Below are positions 37,944-46,432 of a stretch of DNA of 64,000 bases, piece by piece (position 1 is the first letter of the stretch; every line of letters begins with the position of its first letter). The stretch is from NCBI GenBank assembly GCA_014377775.1, contig JACMOW010000248.1:16966-80965 (forward strand). The letters run 5' to 3'. This DNA comes from Pedobacter sp. (GTDB taxonomy: Bacteria; Bacteroidota; Bacteroidia; Sphingobacteriales; Sphingobacteriaceae). Under the pieces are notes generated by a model, which did no database searches, was not told the DNA's origin, and worked only from the letters and a program-made list of their open reading frames with translations. A program made the position numbers and the translations under genes.

Positions 37944-39251
37944 ATGAGTAAAGTATTTACAATAACCGAAGGGCTTGAAAATTTAGGTGCACTGCGAACG
38001 GGCGGTCAGGGTTCGGTATATAAAGGCAAGCGAATAGGTTCAATTTTTTCAGCAGTAAAACTCATTCCTACACCCATCTCTAAAGAGAATGAGGGCGATA
38101 AAAATTATCGAAATTTTCAAAATGAAGTGAGCAAGCTACAAAAAGTAAACGAAAATCCTAGTCCCAATGTAGTTAAAATGCTCAGCTTTGGAATTACTGA
38201 AAGTGGTTCATTTCCGTTTATAGAGATGGAATTTATTGATGGGCCAGACCTAAGCGAACTACTTAAACCACCGCATGAGAAAATATTTACGTTAAAAGAA
38301 TTGGTAAAAGTGGCCGGACAATTGGCTGCAGCCCTTGCGCATTGCCATAACGTAGGTGTTAAACATGGCGATATCAAGAGCAATAATGTTAAATATAACA
38401 TTCATACCGGTAATTATGTGTTGCTCGATTTTGGTTTAGCCATTATGAGCGAAGAACAGCGCCGTAGTAGTATTCGTCATGCAGGAGCCATTGAGTTTAT
38501 GGCGCCAGAACAAAACGAAGGTAAAATGCTTTTGCAAACCGATATTTACAGCTATGGTATCATCTTATATGAACTTTTAGCAGGGCAAGTCCCTTTTCCT
38601 TTAAACAGAAATAGCGATACGGAAAGAAATAATGTTAGGGTTGGGCACATGGAAAATGACCTCCCAAATATGATGGAACTGCGTAAAACGAATTTGCCAG
38701 GTACCTGGCTCGAGGAACAAAAAAAGCAGGAAATGATGGCTCCAGATTGGTTAATAGCACTTATTGATAAATGCCTGCAAAAAGACCCAAAGGATAGATT
38801 TTCAAATGGAATGGTACTACATGAGTGCTTTATAGAAAGTAGCCTGTCAGCAAAACCACTCCATGCCAATAAACTGGATGATACTACATTGAAAGCTGAA
38901 AATAAAGCGTTGACTCAAAAGCTTTTGGAGATAGAAAGCCAGAAAAATCCGGGTATTGTACTTTCTCATTTTGCATTTACAACAATAGTGATCACATTGC
39001 TCGCGTTAATTGGATATTCGGGGTATTCTGCATTCAAAACAAGTGAACCACAAGGCCAAAGTCAGATAATTGCAATAGATTCGCTACCAGTACAAACAGA
39101 TACGGGTACCTTTGAAGGAAAAAAACAAAAAGAACCTGCTATAATCCGAAGGGTTGAAGCGGATAGCATGAGAAAATCTGAGGAAGAAAAGGAAGCTGAT
39201 ACCACAGAGGATCTAACACCTGATAGCACTATACAACCACCATCTTTTTAA
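37944..39251 (+). CDS. Hanks-type Ser/Thr protein kinase A, single TM, acidic C-terminal tail, no PASTA
   Basis: GGQGSVY Gly loop, AVK, HGDIKSNN catalytic loop, DFG, MAPE, DIYSYG; TM FAFTTIVITLLALIGY. ATG 37944 matches the paralog start MSKVFTI. Confidence 0.92.
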   Translation: MSKVFTITEGLENLGALRTGGQGSVYKGKRIGSIFSAVKLIPTPISKENEGDKNYRNFQNEVSKLQKVNENPSPNVVKMLSFGITESGSFPFIEMEFIDGPDLSELLKPPHEKIFTLKELVKVAGQLAAALAHCHNVGVKHGDIKSNNVKYNIHTGNYVLLDFGLAIMSEEQRRSSIRHAGAIEFMAPEQNEGKMLLQTDIYSYGIILYELLAGQVPFPLNRNSDTERNNVRVGHMENDLPNMMELRKTNLPGTWLEEQKKQEMMAPDWLIALIDKCLQKDPKDRFSNGMVLHECFIESSLSAKPLHANKLDDTTLKAENKALTQKLLEIESQKNPGIVLSHFAFTTIVITLLALIGYSGYSAFKTSEPQGQSQIIAIDSLPVQTDTGTFEGKKQKEPAIIRRVEADSMRKSEEEKEADTTEDLTPDSTIQPPSF

Positions 39252-39268
39252 CAGTTTGAAGAAAATTT

Positions 39269-40219
39269 ATGGAAATAAAATCAAGTTTTTGGCAAAGGAT
39301 TGGTATTCAAGACTGGTTTTTAACAGATGAAACCAATAGCATAAACGGTAAAACACCTCCGCTTACACCCGAAACAGTGTATAGCTACATTATAGACAAG
39401 TTTAAAGCATCTATAAAGGAACTCTCTTTTGCCGGGCGCGTAGTTTTTTACCACGAATTTATCATCAGTTTTAACGATGAAGATTATAGAGAATTTATAG
39501 AAAATAAACAGGGTATATTTGGGCTAATTGTTCAAGAAACGGTTAAAAAATTTTATGAGATTTTAAAAGAACATCGCCTTGCTGGAAAAAAAGTAGAACC
39601 CTCAGGTTCAAAATGGGTATTTCGTTTAGTTTCACACCCAGATTACGTACGTGGCGATAAAGGATTTATTGGCAAGTTGCTGCCAGATAACAACCAAAAA
39701 GCTGAAAACCTTCGTGTAACATTTATTCCACGCCAAACAGGCATAGCACAAACATTTGACGTGAATAACGATATATTAAAAGGTTTTACCTACTATAGCG
39801 ATGGCTATATGGAAATTCCTTACGAAGAACAGCTCGAGTATGTGGAAGGTAATACTTCAACTACGGATCAGCACTTGCTAGGCCGATTGGAAACAATTAT
39901 CCCCGATAAGCAATATTCTGGCAAAAAAGTAGAATACCTAATAAAAAATGCAGATATTATCGTTTCTGGTACCGATGAAACCCGCGAAGAACCTAATATC
40001 TTTAAAGTACCTTCTGAATGGGTTAATTCGCCACACCTACACATCCGACATAATAAAACGGATGGTAAATTCTACATCGCTTCGTTTGGAGAACTCACCA
40101 CCCTAAACGAAAATATACTTACACAAAGTAATGTAAATTCACCCCAATGGACCGAACTTCCAATCAACTCTAGAATCCTCTTGAATGGGATTGTTGGGTT
40201 AAACTTATTTAAATCTTAA
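39269..40219 (+). CDS. FhaA-like protein: DUF3662-like N-terminus and degenerate C-terminal FHA domain
   Basis: VFYHEFIISFNDEDY recalls the FhaA N-terminal domain. C-terminal IIVSG...WVNSPHLHIRH..FYIASFG.TTLNE has FHA strand spacing but lacks GR and SRxH. Confidence 0.55.
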   Translation: MEIKSSFWQRIGIQDWFLTDETNSINGKTPPLTPETVYSYIIDKFKASIKELSFAGRVVFYHEFIISFNDEDYREFIENKQGIFGLIVQETVKKFYEILKEHRLAGKKVEPSGSKWVFRLVSHPDYVRGDKGFIGKLLPDNNQKAENLRVTFIPRQTGIAQTFDVNNDILKGFTYYSDGYMEIPYEEQLEYVEGNTSTTDQHLLGRLETIIPDKQYSGKKVEYLIKNADIIVSGTDETREEPNIFKVPSEWVNSPHLHIRHNKTDGKFYIASFGELTTLNENILTQSNVNSPQWTELPINSRILLNGIVGLNLFKS

Positions 40220-40225
40220 CCAAAT

Positions 40226-40324
40226 ATGTCGCAACTATTATCTATAGGACTATTATTAATTGTTGTGCTTTTGCTGGCAACTCATTTTAAAGACATTAAA
40301 AATTCTGGAAATAAAAATGGATAA
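40226..40324 (+). CDS. Unannotated 32-aa single-pass membrane peptide
   Basis: MSQLLSIGLLLIVVLLLATHFKDIKNSGNKNG*; starts 6 nt after the upstream stop and its end overlaps the PP2C ATG (aATGGATAA). Confidence 0.6.
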   Translation: MSQLLSIGLLLIVVLLLATHFKDIKNSGNKNG

Positions 40325-41699
40325 GCACTTTTACGGACTCACAGATACTGGAAAAACCAGAGATAATAATGAGGATACCTTTATTGCTGAATCATTTGGT
40401 ACAAAACAAATGATTTTGGCAGCTGTTATTGATGGAGTGGGTGGTTATCATGGAGGCGAAGTGGCCGCTGCAATAACTAAAGAGGAGGTACTAAGAAAGT
40501 TTTCTAGCCAGCCAACAGAAATCATTCCACAAATGATCATTGCTTTTAAAGAAGCAAATAGCGTTATTCTTTCCAGAAAAGAGTCGGAAAAGGAACATGC
40601 CGAAATGGCTTGCGTAGCTACACTTGTTTGTGCAGATATTGAAAACAACCAATTTTACTATGCACACGTGGGCGATACTAGATTGTATCTGCTGCGAGAT
40701 GGTTCGCTAATTAAGATCTCGAAAGATCATTCTTTTGTTGGGTTCCTAGAAGACTCAGGAAGAATTAATGAAGACACAGCCATGAAACATCCCAAGCGCA
40801 ATGAAATTAATAAAGCCATAGGTTTTAATGATGCCATTGATGCAGACGATAGCTATATCGAAACAGGCCAATCGCCTTTTTTACCTGGAGATTTACTGTT
40901 GTTATGCAGCGACGGATTAACAGATATGGTAGATAAAAAAGATATCACCACCATCATTACCCAACCAGGCACCCTTATACAGAAAGCAGACCATTTGGTT
41001 GCGCTAGCAAATGAAAACGGAGGCCGAGATAACATCACTGTAGTATTGGTTAAGAATGATAAAACCCCACAAAAAGTAAAACACGTTACTTATCATTCAT
41101 CACCGCATGTTGAAGATACAGTTATAGCCACAACAGAACGGGAACAAATAGCGGTAACTATAGAAAAAAAAAGGAATTTTGGCTTGATGGCTCTAGCCGT
41201 TTCATGTGTAATATTATTAGTAAGTACGATTGTGCTTAACCTTCAAAATCAAAAAAAACAACCGCATCAACTGGTCGTTGCTCAGCCGATTAAACAAGCA
41301 CGTAATAGCCAAGAGCAGTTATTGCAAGATGCGATTGATCATGTTTTTGGCGATACATTGGTACTGTCTGATACGATTTTTAAAAGTCCGATTATCATTA
41401 CCGATACTATCCGCATTAGAAAAGATACCTTGTTTATTTTTGCAAAAGGTTTGGTGCTGCAGGCCCATAATACTTACAAGGGTGCTGCATTAACCACGTC
41501 TGCTCAAAGTAAAATTGTAAGCATTGATAGCTTACAATTTAAAGATTTTACAACGGTCATTGCGGTAAAAAATGTAGGCATAAAGTTCAATAATGTAAGT
41601 TTTATTAATTGCGGGCTACCAATACAAAACAATTATAATTTAAGGGGTATGATCACACCTTTTGCTAAACCAATGAATATAAAAAAGGGAGAAAATTAA
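40317..41699 (+). CDS. PP2C/PPM Ser/Thr phosphatase, membrane-anchored (PstP/PrpC-like), with extracytoplasmic domain
   Basis: TDTGKTRDNNED, DGVGG, AHVGDTR, DHS, LLLCSDGL, GGRDNITVVL; TM GLMALAVSCVILLVSTIVL; C-terminal ~130-aa beta-rich domain. Confidence 0.92.
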   Translation: MDKHFYGLTDTGKTRDNNEDTFIAESFGTKQMILAAVIDGVGGYHGGEVAAAITKEEVLRKFSSQPTEIIPQMIIAFKEANSVILSRKESEKEHAEMACVATLVCADIENNQFYYAHVGDTRLYLLRDGSLIKISKDHSFVGFLEDSGRINEDTAMKHPKRNEINKAIGFNDAIDADDSYIETGQSPFLPGDLLLLCSDGLTDMVDKKDITTIITQPGTLIQKADHLVALANENGGRDNITVVLVKNDKTPQKVKHVTYHSSPHVEDTVIATTEREQIAVTIEKKRNFGLMALAVSCVILLVSTIVLNLQNQKKQPHQLVVAQPIKQARNSQEQLLQDAIDHVFGDTLVLSDTIFKSPIIITDTIRIRKDTLFIFAKGLVLQAHNTYKGAALTTSAQSKIVSIDSLQFKDFTTVIAVKNVGIKFNNVSFINCGLPIQNNYNLRGMITPFAKPMNIKKGEN

Positions 41700-41700
41700 G

Positions 41701-44700
41701 ATGATAACATTTGGTAATAGAGGAACTGAACGTATTTTTTTATTGCTCATCACTATTTTTATTGCTCTTTTTTGCTGTCGCTTGTATACGGTAATGCAAG
41801 TTAAATTTGTGGATGTTGACTCACGAATAAAAGGTGGTACAATGGTAAACCTAAATGCCAAAAACCCTGCGGCCAACCTCCGAAATTTGTTAGAAAAGGG
41901 ATATTATTTTGATGACCCTAAAGATATAGACCTTATTGAAGCCACAGTAGCAAGTGCAGATAAAACGCAGAAAAAACTAGATAATATTGGTGAACTCAAT
42001 AAACGTAGGTATTATTTATTAGCAGACAAAGCCTTCGAAAAAGGAGGCAAATCATTTAAAGCAAGGGTAACCGCTTCGAGGTCGCTGTTAGGTTATACTG
42101 GCGATGATTTGATGAAGTTTGAGCAAGAAAGGAAAGATCCACAAAAGCACTTGGCACAACTTAACCTAGGTTTGGGCGAGAATGCCATTAATGGTATAAT
42201 ATTGGAGCAAGGACGGCCAATACCCGGCGTTTTGGTAAGATTGGATATGATTTTACCGCTAACAGATGAGCCGATTAGTAATAATCTTACCGCTTACGTA
42301 CGTACAGATGCTCAAGGTAAATTTAGTTTCCAAAAACTACCGAATGGTAAAGCGTTTAAAGTACTTCCTTTAAAGCCTGGTTATCAATTTGGTCCGTCAA
42401 AAGGTGTACAAAGCTTAACAGATGATGTATCTTTTTTCTTTTACCAGACCCCACATACCATAAAACTTTTCTCTACCCGCGATTTCAGTATCCTAAAAAA
42501 GGAAAAGTCTCTCATTATTCGTACTCCAGCTGAATTTAACAATTGGTTTTTGCTAGTTTTTGCTAGTTTAATCATGGGTTTCTTCATTATTCACTTTGTT
42601 TTATGTTGGAAGTTTAGCGATGTAGATCAAATGCTACTTCCAATGGTGATGTTGTTAACGGGTATTTCATTTATTACACTGTTTAGTTTGCAAGATCCTT
42701 TGAGAGATCGATTCTTAGCAAAAGATTCATTACTGTATTTATTGATGGGGTTTGGCGGGATGCTAACCATACTATTGCTCAAGCTACGTCGATTCAATAC
42801 CGACACCTGGGTTTATCGTATGTTGATTTTTAAAAATCTCCGGTCTGCGGCAAACGGATGGCCATGGGTAGCTTTGGCGATTGCTCTACTTATTTTAACA
42901 TTAGTGTTTGGAACAGGACCAGAAGGCAGTGGCGTAAAAGTAAATCTGTTCGGATTTCAGCCGAGTGAAGTGGTTAAATACCTTATTATTTTCTTTTTAG
43001 CTGGTTTTTTTGCTGTAAACGAAAAATTAATCAGCGAGTATACCAGTTGGAGCAAAAGGTGGTCGTTTTTCTCCTTTGCGCTCATTGCCATTTTATTTAC
43101 ACTCATGCTTTTTTTAGTGTTGGGCGATTTAGGTCCAGCCATGGTGGTGTGTTTCACCTTCATTACCTTATTTTCATTTTCGAGGGGTGATTTCGCATTC
43201 ATGGCGGGCTCGGTAATCTTATTCGTATTGGTTTTATGGATTTTTAACAGTGTTTGGTTGGCAGTTGGGATAGTGGTATTGCTGATGCTTTTTCAACGCA
43301 AGCAGCTTAGCGAATCGGCTATAATGGTACTCGTAATTATGGCTGCATTTTTAACCATTGATCAAATTCCTTATTTAGATAAAATTTTTGCTGGTCCAGT
43401 ACAACGTTTGGGCGATCGTAAATCTATTTGGCAAAACCCTTGGAATAACGAAGTGTTTGGCGGTGATCAAGTAGCAAATGGACTTTGGGCCATGTCTACA
43501 GGAGGTGCAGCCGGGCAAGGCGTAGGTGAGGGTTTTGCTAAAACCATTCCCGAAGCACATACCGATATGATTTTGCCATCCATGGGTGAAGAATTTGGTT
43601 TAACAGGGATGTTGTGTATTTTCCTTTTATTCCTTTTATACCTGCATCGATCTATCATTATTGGACGAAGAACGGGATCGCCTTTCTTATTTTATCTGAG
43701 TGCAGGAATAGGTATATCAACCTTTGTGCAATTTTTGCTTATTGCCGGTGGATCTACAGGTGCGTTGCCTTTGTCGGGGGTTTCGTTGCCTTTTCAAAGT
43801 TATGGTGGTTCATCATTGGTGCTAAATTTATTGGCTGCCGGCTTTTTGCTTTCGGTTTCGAAAGTGCGAGGAACTGCCGTGCAAATGGAATACATTGCCA
43901 AACAGCAGGATAAAAATTTAGTTCCTGCAATGGTAGCTGCTTGTTTGGGAATCCTATTGTTGGGTGTAAATGTAACCGGGTATATCCTTAATAATAAGAA
44001 ATGGGTAGTACAACCTGCCTTGGTAGCAGACCGAAGCGGAGCACGCATGTTTAGCTATAATCCGCGGATTGCGATATTGATGAGTAGACTAAAAGCAGGA
44101 TCTTTACACGATCGTAAGGGTGTTTTACTGGCAACCAGTAATGCGGATAGCGTAAGGGCCCAACGATTTAAGCTCATTGGAGCAGGAATTAATAGTTATA
44201 ACTTAGATTCTGCAGTGCATCAGCGCTTGGATAGGTTCTATCCTTTTGAGGAGCAAATGTTTTTTTGGACAGGTGATGCCAATTCTGGAGTTTTTAATGG
44301 TAGTGTTAATGGTTATTTTGCTGAGTATGAGCATGCTGCTGAGTTACGGGGTTTTGAGCTTCCAACTAAGAGTTATCCTGTAATTGCAAGTCGTTATAGT
44401 GAGAATAGATTTTTAGCAAGAGGCATAAAAGAGATGACAGTAGTTAAAAAGGATTATGGGGCATTGGCGCCATTACTGTTATCGGGGATTACCAGCAAAG
44501 AAGTGGAAGAGTTTAAAAAACGAAATCGAGATGTACGATTAACAATGGATGCGGGTTTACAAACTAGAATTCAAAAATCAATTGCCCAAGACACTTCTTT
44601 AAACGATAATAGAGTATCAGTAGTGATTATGCAATCTAATACTGGTGATGTTTTGGCCTCGGCCGTGTATCCGCTTCCACCAATTCATGATTGGGAAAAG

Positions 44701-45636
44701 TTAACGATGACTGTTGCCGAACAAAATCAACTCTCGCCATGGATAACTACTTCAGATCTTGGATTTACCCATTTTACACAGCCAGGATCTACTGCTAAAT
44801 TGATAACGGCAATGGCTTCATTTAATAAGTTAGGTTTGGAAGCAGCCAATAAAAAATTCCCCGTAGCCGCATGGGAACGAATTCGTACCAAAGGAATAGA
44901 ACCAGATGAAACGGGTCTGATCAATTTAGAAAGAGCAGTAGTAAAATCAAATAATGTGTATTTCATTAAACTAGCTAACCAAGAACAATTACAAGAACAA
45001 ATGGGAGATCTGTATTTAAAAACAGGCATGTTTTTACATGGAGTAGGTGGTTATTATTACAATAAACCTAATGAAAATAGCAAACAAGAAGAAAAGTGGA
45101 AAGAATTATGGCGAAAAACAGAATTTAATACCAAACCAAAATATGATCCTAACAATATCCGTAAAACGAGAGCCAAAGGCATCTCTGGCATGTCGTGGGG
45201 CCAAGGAGAATTAATTGCTACGCCAGCTGCGGTAGCGCGTGTAGCTATGGGTATTGCCAATAATGGTAAGATGATAGCCAACAGGTTTGTACTAAAGGTG
45301 AACGATAAACCTGAGCCCGTTAAAGATGGTACGAAATTAGTTAATGATCCTGCGTACGCTTCACTCATGCGCGCTTACATGATTAAGCAAAGTGAGTTGA
45401 AAACTAGTACCCTTGGTATAGCTGTAGCTGGTAAAACGGGTACGCCAGAACGAATTTGGAAAAAACAGCAAATTAACGATGGCTGGTATGTTTTTTTTAC
45501 CGGTAATATAGTGGTATGTGTGCGAATTGAAGCCACCAAAGGTTCATCGGATGCAGTTAAATTAGCTGGGAAGCACGTGGTTCCCTTATTACTCGAAGGT
45601 GGTTACATCAAAATCATTACTAAAGATAAAATTTGA
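41701..45636 (+). CDS. SEDS (RodA/FtsW/SpoVE) glycosyltransferase fused to a class B penicillin-binding transpeptidase, with an extra N-terminal extracytoplasmic domain
   Basis: SEDS motifs FQPSEVVK, GDLG, IPEAHTD, GVSLPFQSYGGSS across many TMs. bPBP motifs GSLHDRKG, LTMDAGLQ, QPGSTAK (SxxK), KSNN (SxN), WGQG, GKTGT (KTG). Confidence 0.92.
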   Translation: MITFGNRGTERIFLLLITIFIALFCCRLYTVMQVKFVDVDSRIKGGTMVNLNAKNPAANLRNLLEKGYYFDDPKDIDLIEATVASADKTQKKLDNIGELNKRRYYLLADKAFEKGGKSFKARVTASRSLLGYTGDDLMKFEQERKDPQKHLAQLNLGLGENAINGIILEQGRPIPGVLVRLDMILPLTDEPISNNLTAYVRTDAQGKFSFQKLPNGKAFKVLPLKPGYQFGPSKGVQSLTDDVSFFFYQTPHTIKLFSTRDFSILKKEKSLIIRTPAEFNNWFLLVFASLIMGFFIIHFVLCWKFSDVDQMLLPMVMLLTGISFITLFSLQDPLRDRFLAKDSLLYLLMGFGGMLTILLLKLRRFNTDTWVYRMLIFKNLRSAANGWPWVALAIALLILTLVFGTGPEGSGVKVNLFGFQPSEVVKYLIIFFLAGFFAVNEKLISEYTSWSKRWSFFSFALIAILFTLMLFLVLGDLGPAMVVCFTFITLFSFSRGDFAFMAGSVILFVLVLWIFNSVWLAVGIVVLLMLFQRKQLSESAIMVLVIMAAFLTIDQIPYLDKIFAGPVQRLGDRKSIWQNPWNNEVFGGDQVANGLWAMSTGGAAGQGVGEGFAKTIPEAHTDMILPSMGEEFGLTGMLCIFLLFLLYLHRSIIIGRRTGSPFLFYLSAGIGISTFVQFLLIAGGSTGALPLSGVSLPFQSYGGSSLVLNLLAAGFLLSVSKVRGTAVQMEYIAKQQDKNLVPAMVAACLGILLLGVNVTGYILNNKKWVVQPALVADRSGARMFSYNPRIAILMSRLKAGSLHDRKGVLLATSNADSVRAQRFKLIGAGINSYNLDSAVHQRLDRFYPFEEQMFFWTGDANSGVFNGSVNGYFAEYEHAAELRGFELPTKSYPVIASRYSENRFLARGIKEMTVVKKDYGALAPLLLSGITSKEVEEFKKRNRDVRLTMDAGLQTRIQKSIAQDTSLNDNRVSVVIMQSNTGDVLASAVYPLPPIHDWEKLTMTVAEQNQLSPWITTSDLGFTHFTQPGSTAKLITAMASFNKLGLEAANKKFPVAAWERIRTKGIEPDETGLINLERAVVKSNNVYFIKLANQEQLQEQMGDLYLKTGMFLHGVGGYYYNKPNENSKQEEKWKELWRKTEFNTKPKYDPNNIRKTRAKGISGMSWGQGELIATPAAVARVAMGIANNGKMIANRFVLKVNDKPEPVKDGTKLVNDPAYASLMRAYMIKQSELKTSTLGIAVAGKTGTPERIWKKQQINDGWYVFFTGNIVVCVRIEATKGSSDAVKLAGKHVVPLLLEGGYIKIITKDKI

Positions 45637-45637
45637 C

Positions 45638-46432
45638 ATGATATTTAATTTATTTAAAAGCGGAACAGAAGAACGTCCAGATGATGTGAAAAGCATACGT
45701 CATGCATTGCTCCATTTTATTAAACAGGAATTGCAAAAAGCAGAGGGTGGAGAAGGTGCCAATATTAAAGGATTATGCGTTTATATGAACTGCGATCCGA
45801 AAGAAAGACACATTTATGAAGCAGCTGTTTATGTAGACGAACCAAATAAGTTAAAGGCCGAAATACAAAGAATATGTGATGATTATGCATTAGACTTGCC
45901 CTTTAATTGGACATTGAGCATTATTTTTGATGAAGACATTCCATCCGAAGCTGCGGTAATGTCTAATCTGAGTGCTGCTTTTTTTATAAAAACAAATAAA
46001 CATTTCGTAAAATTAACCGCTACGGCGTATTTGCAGGCGCTTAGTGGCGAAACGCTAAAGCCAAGCTATACGCTGACCTCCGAAGGTGGGAAATATAACA
46101 TTGGTAGAGATGCCAAAGCCCAATCAGATGAAGGATACTTTCGAACCAATCATATTGCATTTCCCTCAACCAGTAATAACGACAGTAATAAATACATTAG
46201 TAGGCAGCATGCGCACATTGAATGGAACCATTCAACTGCTAAGTTTATGATTTTTGCAGACGAGGGTGGTATACCCCCACGCAACAAAATAAAACTTAGA
46301 TCGGCACTTACAGAAAAAATAACAAAGCTCCATTCAGCGCAAATTGGACATGAGTTGGAAGAAGGCGATCAAATTATTTTAGGGGAATCGGTAGTATTAG
46401 CATTTAGTTATCAGGAATTTGAAAATGAGTAA
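45638..46432 (+). CDS. FHA domain protein
   Basis: NIGR...ISRQHAHI...RN...LEEGDQIILG canonical FHA layout; ATG at 45638 lies one base after the SEDS-PBP stop. Confidence 0.85.
   Translation: MIFNLFKSGTEERPDDVKSIRHALLHFIKQELQKAEGGEGANIKGLCVYMNCDPKERHIYEAAVYVDEPNKLKAEIQRICDDYALDLPFNWTLSIIFDEDIPSEAAVMSNLSAAFFIKTNKHFVKLTATAYLQALSGETLKPSYTLTSEGGKYNIGRDAKAQSDEGYFRTNHIAFPSTSNNDSNKYISRQHAHIEWNHSTAKFMIFADEGGIPPRNKIKLRSALTEKITKLHSAQIGHELEEGDQIILGESVVLAFSYQEFENE

Noticed and set aside
40260-40316. ORF-track N-terminal extension of the PP2C from TTG 40260
   Set aside because: The PP2C domain begins at ATG 40317; the interval is better explained by the 32-aa ORF in another frame.
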